41,985 bases of DNA from Chlamydiota bacterium. Lineage in GTDB: Bacteria > Auribacterota > Tritonobacteria > UBA1439. Where the stretch lies: assembly GCA_037133055.1 (NCBI GenBank), contig JBAXOY010000011.1, positions 1 to 41,985 of the forward strand, written 5' to 3'. A program made the translations under genes and the position numbers. Under the pieces are notes generated by a model that saw only the letters and a program-made list of their open reading frames with translations, had not been told where the DNA came from and did no database searches. This document shows positions 37,624 to 41,985 of the stretch, piece after piece. The first letter of the stretch is position 1. Each line of letters opens with the position of its first letter.

Positions 37624-39336
37624 TTATTCGATCGACCTCGACTTCTCGAGTATCTCCGTGAGTATCCGCACGACCTTCGACTCCTCCGCCTTGTCGAGCT
37701 TCAGGATCTCGCGGAGGGCGATGCCGATGTGCGGCAGGTACTTTTCGATGTACGCCTTCTTCTTCTCGGCGTCGGCGACGCGGGCGCGCCGGCTGAGGAA
37801 TGCCTTGAGCTTCCTCCCCACCTCCTGGAGCCCCAGACGGATCTCCTTCATGATCTCGGGGTAGTGGGCGATCGCCTCCTTGCTCTCGGAGGTGAAGGGG
37901 ACCCAGACGGAGACCATGTGCACCATCAGGGTGAGGGGGCCGGAGGGGAGCGCGCCGCGCCCCTGCGTGAGGCCGTAGGCGCGCCAGTTCGTGCCGATCA
38001 CAGCCCGTGCGATTGCGCAGGCGGACTGCTGGTAGAGGAGCGGGACGCGGTTCGCGAAACGGACCAGGTGCGCGAGCGACTCCCCCGGGCTTGCCTCTCC
38101 CTCCTCCTCGTCGTCGCCCGCCGCCGTGCCGCCCCAGGCGAGCCCGACCTCGATGCGGAACGGGTTCCCCCGGTACACCTCCGGGGGGCGGGTGGTGGCG
38201 GTGTAGAAGTCCGCCTTGATCCCCTTCTTCAGGGCCGCCAGGATGAGCTCCTCGCCGATGGGGGAGAGGCAGTCGGTAGGGGGGCTCATGATCTTCGTGG
38301 CGTTGACGGCCCTGTAGAGCTTGTCGGATTCCTCCCGCGCGATCCGGGACGGGTAGGCGGTTTCGGGGAGGCCGGACTTCGCGCAGATCTCGCGCGCGAC
38401 CTTCGCGCCGACCCTCGAGAAATCCTGCATCAGGAACGAGCGGAGGCGCTTCGCCTTCGTCGTCTTCAGCATCTGCATCAGCACCCCGAGCTCGACGCCG
38501 TACGGGTGCGGCTTGATCTCCTTCGGCTCGCGCGGGAGCGACTGCGCCGCGCGGGCGAGCACGGTCTTCTCTCCCTCGGGGCCCTGGTAGACGATGCGGA
38601 CGTGCGGGTTGGCGAGGGAGACCTGCTCGAGGTACTGGTCCACCGACTGGCGCCCCTTCTGGTGCCGCGCCTCGAGATCGATCTCTACCTTCGTGCCGTG
38701 AGGGGAATCCCACGGCACCTCCTCGTCCTTCACGATCTCGGGGATGTTCTTCGCGGTGTCGATGCGGATCTCGAAATAGTGGGCGGGTTTCCTCGGGCCG
38801 ATCTTCGAGGTGATCCGGATGGACTGGCCGGTCGTGAGCTGGCCGTACATCCCGGCGGCGGAGATGCCGATCCCCTGCTGGCCGCGCGCCTGCTTCAGGG
38901 TGTGGAATTTCGAGCCGTAGAGGAGCTTCCCGAATATCCTGGGTATCTGGTTCTTGACGATTCCGGGGCCGTTGTCCTCGACGGTGACACGGTACCGCTC
39001 CTCGCTGATCTCCTGCACGGTCACCTTCAGCTCGGGAAGGATCTTCGCCTCCTCGCAGGCGTCCAGGCTGTTGTCCACCGCCTCCTTCACCGTCGTGAGA
39101 AGCGCCTTTTTCGGGTTGTCGAAGCCGAGCAGGTGCCGGTTCTTCGAGAAGAATTCTGAGACGGAGATCTCGCGCTGCCGGAGCGCCATCTGATAGGCGA
39201 TCTCCTCCTGGTGGAGCCCCATCCCGTTCTCGCCGAGCTCGCGCGGGGTCTTGACCGTGCCCCCTCTTTTCACCGGTTCCGGTGCGGGTTTCACGGCCTG
39301 CTTCCTCGACACCTTCGCCGCTTTCTTTGCCGCCAT
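37624..39336 (-). CDS. top6B: DNA topoisomerase VI subunit B
   Basis: ISVSEFF.KNRHLLGF, KEAVDNSLDA, EDNGPG, RGQQGIGIS, RFANRVPLLY, PFTSESKEAIA. Basic N-terminal extension; start approximate. Confidence 0.95.
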   Translation of the reverse strand: MAAKKAAKVSRKQAVKPAPEPVKRGGTVKTPRELGENGMGLHQEEIAYQMALRQREISVSEFFSKNRHLLGFDNPKKALLTTVKEAVDNSLDACEEAKILPELKVTVQEISEERYRVTVEDNGPGIVKNQIPRIFGKLLYGSKFHTLKQARGQQGIGISAAGMYGQLTTGQSIRITSKIGPRKPAHYFEIRIDTAKNIPEIVKDEEVPWDSPHGTKVEIDLEARHQKGRQSVDQYLEQVSLANPHVRIVYQGPEGEKTVLARAAQSLPREPKEIKPHPYGVELGVLMQMLKTTKAKRLRSFLMQDFSRVGAKVAREICAKSGLPETAYPSRIAREESDKLYRAVNATKIMSPPTDCLSPIGEELILAALKKGIKADFYTATTRPPEVYRGNPFRIEVGLAWGGTAAGDDEEEGEASPGESLAHLVRFANRVPLLYQQSACAIARAVIGTNWRAYGLTQGRGALPSGPLTLMVHMVSVWVPFTSESKEAIAHYPEIMKEIRLGLQEVGRKLKAFLSRRARVADAEKKKAYIEKYLPHIGIALREILKLDKAEESKVVRILTEILEKSRSIE

Positions 39337-39402
39337 GGTGGCGTCTTCCCCTGATTTCCGACATAGCAACGCGACAGGGTAGCATACTGATGCCGTCATC
39401 TC

Positions 39403-39446
39403 AAGATGGTGGGCGCAGATTGTGGGCGCAGAAGATGGTGGGCGCA
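39403..39446. repeat. Three tandem GTGGGCGCA-containing units between tolB and top6B
   Basis: AAGATGGTGGGCGCA / GATTGTGGGCGCA / (G)AAGATGGTGGGCGCA. Confidence 0.75.
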
Positions 39447-39480
39447 AGATTCGGCGGGGTGATGGGACACACCGGGCGGA

Positions 39481-40785
39481 TTAGCGGGGAGCCCAGGCGG
39501 GGGCGGAGAAGTTGCCGGCGCCGCGGGTGATCTGGGTCGGCACGGGGTCGTAGACGTCCATGATGAACAGGTCGCGCTTCCTGCCGCGCTGGACGCTGTA
39601 GACGATGTGGCGGCTGTCGGGGGCCCAGGAGGGCTCCTCGTCGCTGGCGCCGGTGCGGGGGAGGGATATCTCCTCCCGCGTCTTCAGGTTCAGCATCCAG
39701 ATGCCGAACCCGCCCTGGCGCGAGCAGTAGGCGATCGACTCGCCGTCGTGCGACCAGTCCGGCTTCGTATTGTAGCTCCCCTTGAAGGTGACGCGCTTCG
39801 GCGGCGTTTTGCCCCAGGAGTCCATGATGTAGATCTGCGGCGAGCCGGTCTGATCGGAGACGAAGGCGATCTGCTTCCCGTCGGGGGACCAGCAGGGCGA
39901 CGACTCGATCCACGTCGTCCGGGTGATGCGCGTTAGGTTTCCCGACGAGAGGTCCATCCGGTAAAGCTCGGGGTTGCCGGCTTTTGACAGGGTGAGAAGC
40001 ATCTCGCGCCCGTCGGGCGATACGTCGCCGAAGGCGTTGAGGCCCGGGAAGGAGGCGAGCGGCTTCGCGTTCCTCGACCCGATGTTCATCATGAAGAGCT
40101 CCGGGAAGCCGCGGATGTACGAGGTGAAGACGAGGCTCTTTACGTCCGGGGTCCATGCGGGGAACAGCGAGATGTCCCTGCCGCTTGTGATCTGGCGGTA
40201 GGCGGTGCCGCCGTAGTCCATCACGTAGATCTGCTTCAGGCCGGTCATGTCGGAGACGAAGGCGATCTGGGTTCCGCAGAGGCCGGTCTCGCCCGTGACC
40301 GCCTTGATGATGTCATTGGCGAGCCGGTGGATCATCTGGACGGAGGCGGAGAGCTCGCCGCTATAGGACTGGGCGAAAATGTTCTTGCCGTCCCGCACGG
40401 TGTAGAGCCGGCAGGTGATGGCGAGCGCGCTTCCGCGCGCGGCGAACTCGGTCTTCGCCACCATCTCCGCGCGAAGCCGCGCCCACTCCTGGAGGTCTAT
40501 CTTCCCCCTCTGCCGGTCCTCCCGGTCGGTCTCGTCCACGAACTGCTGCTTCTTTACGGTGTCGAAGTAGCCTGAGGCGTCGAGGTCGGACTTGAGGAGC
40601 TCGGCGAAGGTGCGGGAGAGCTTCTCGTCGCCGCCCTCCTTCCGGGCGAAGGAGGGGATGGCGATCACGGTCTTGCGGGCGTATTTTTTGGATATGGTGA
40701 TCTGCACCTGCGCGCCGGACGGGGCGGCGCACAGAACGGGCGCGGCGATGAACGCCGCAAGAATGACGCGGGCAGACACTCTCAT
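39481..40785 (-). CDS. tolB: Tol-Pal beta-propeller protein TolB
   Basis: Signal peptide, TolB-N domain (DL..SG.F...H..A..I....TG..G...T.IAFVS), repeated P.WSPDG PD40 blades. Confidence 0.92.
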   Translation of the reverse strand: MRVSARVILAAFIAAPVLCAAPSGAQVQITISKKYARKTVIAIPSFARKEGGDEKLSRTFAELLKSDLDASGYFDTVKKQQFVDETDREDRQRGKIDLQEWARLRAEMVAKTEFAARGSALAITCRLYTVRDGKNIFAQSYSGELSASVQMIHRLANDIIKAVTGETGLCGTQIAFVSDMTGLKQIYVMDYGGTAYRQITSGRDISLFPAWTPDVKSLVFTSYIRGFPELFMMNIGSRNAKPLASFPGLNAFGDVSPDGREMLLTLSKAGNPELYRMDLSSGNLTRITRTTWIESSPCWSPDGKQIAFVSDQTGSPQIYIMDSWGKTPPKRVTFKGSYNTKPDWSHDGESIAYCSRQGGFGIWMLNLKTREEISLPRTGASDEEPSWAPDSRHIVYSVQRGRKRDLFIMDVYDPVPTQITRGAGNFSAPAWAPR

Positions 40786-40837
40786 GATATGCGGGTACGA
40801 TACCATACGGCGTGGGGGGGTGTGAATAAAAACCTCT

Positions 40838-40859
40838 GGGGTCAGACCTTAACTATTAA
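40838..40859. repeat. GGGGTCA-type terminal motif adjoining the RAYT stop codon
   Basis: GGGGTCAGACCTTAACTATTAA; similar to 395-416 and 32411-32432. Confidence 0.65.
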
Positions 40860-41860
40860 CTGAGCACTTTATCCTTCACCCGTTCGAACCGGCGAGACAG
40901 CACCTTGGATCTCTCAAGTTCCACATGCAGCCGTTTTCTGTTCATCACTATTGCTGCGCCCGTTATCCCGCCCAACATGGCGCCAATTTCACTCATCCGT
41001 TTGTGGGATGCCAGATATCTTCGGCAGAGTTCAAGGAGTACCCGGCGTGCGTGCGTGTGTTTCGATTTGCGTCCGAGGATCTCCTGCGGGGCGACTTTGA
41101 ACTCATCGGCAACGCACTGCGCAATGTGCTCCAGGGTATTCGGGGGGAGCGATGCGCGCAGGTTCGAAAACTCCTTGTTCGCCTCCTTGCCGTTGATGAA
41201 AGATCGATAGACCCATCGGACGAACGATTCATCCCCCAGGATCACGCCATGCCGTTTGCCCTTCAGGGGATCAGGGGTATCGTCCTTTAGCCTCTCCAGC
41301 ACAAACAGTTTATATCCCTCGCATGCCCTGCCGATGCTACGGCCAAACTTGTCCAGAATGAGTTGTGTGCGCAGGAAATCCGGTATCGGCATTCTGCCTG
41401 TGTATGCCTGGTAACTGCTCCAGGGATAGGATTCCAGAAACCGCAGCTTGTTCTCAATCGACTCATCTGACATCTGTTGCGTGCGCACCGGATTAAGATG
41501 AATATATCGGCTCAGCTCCAGAAGATAGGAATCCGAATCGATCAGTATGCCTTTATAGCGTCCCTGAAAAAGGTGCCCGACCCGATGGTGCTTCCAGTTG
41601 AAGAACACCGTAAAGGCGGTATTGAGTCGCTGCATGAAATGGCTCAAATTACCGAGGGGTGTTTGAAGAATCAGATGGAAGTGGTTTCGCATCAACACGT
41701 AGCCATGCAGCTCGACGGTGAAGGCCTCGATGCTCTCTTTGAGTATCCTGATGAACGCGCGTCTGTCCGCATCGTCATGGAAGACGGACTGCGTGTTGTT
41801 GCCCCTGCTGGTGATGTGATACCACGCCCCGGGATATTCAATTCTCAGCGGCCTTGCCAT
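40856..41860 (-). mobile_element. REP-associated tyrosine (Y1 HUH) transposase with a C-terminal helical/HTH extension
   Basis: MARPLRIEYPGA.YHITSRGN, YVLM.NHFHL (HUH), GHLFQGRY, RYIHLNP (catalytic Tyr), YPWSSY; lower GC than the core genes. Confidence 0.92.
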
Positions 41861-41985
41861 GGCACCAGCGTAGCACTTTCAGGGGAATAAGTGGCAGATA
41901 GTTGCTCGTCGAGGTTTGATTCTGAGAGGAGTAATAGTTTAGCTCTTTGAAGTAGTGTGGGGCGGCAGGAGGCAGTTTTCGAGCA

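Noticed and set aside
41896..41925. Inverted partner of the RAYT terminal motif upstream of the gene
   Set aside because: AGAATCAAACCTC on the minus strand matches only 8/13 positions, too weak to call, and the window ends shortly after.

Overview
A GC-rich bacterial chromosomal segment, probably from a diderm anaerobe (it has tolB, a 2-oxoacid:ferredoxin oxidoreductase and nifU/nifS). Left to right it contains: an integron-type attC site and a BrnT/BrnA toxin-antitoxin (TA) pair before tRNA-Met; a surface-glycosylation cluster (DegT aminotransferase, WecD-like GNAT, ArnC-like GT2, DUF2723 GT-C, radical SAM/SPASM, GT2); a J-domain protein; a four-gene 2-oxoacid:ferredoxin oxidoreductase operon whose gamma subunit carries an N-terminal GNAT domain; nifU-nifS; a secreted cohesin-like protein followed by tilS-ftsH-glmM; an NSS transporter with an unannotated 35-aa partner; pdxJ-nnr-hyp-trmJ-era-HhH-GPD; adenosine deaminase, ArnT-like GT, ClpX-like ATPase and NrnA; a lower-GC islet (MNT-HEPN, SGNH hydrolase, Phd-RelE TA); archaeal-type topoisomerase VI B/A; tolB; and a RAYT transposase. 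The most notable signals are (1) the Phd-RelE TA sitting between two gap-free 90-bp copies of the top6A 3' end that differ mostly at synonymous sites, (2) the GNAT-gamma subunit fusion, (3) the attC site, and (4) a GGGGTCA motif shared by the RAYT end, a 28-bp-armed inverted repeat and the TA flank. All calls come from reading motifs by eye; no database searches were run.
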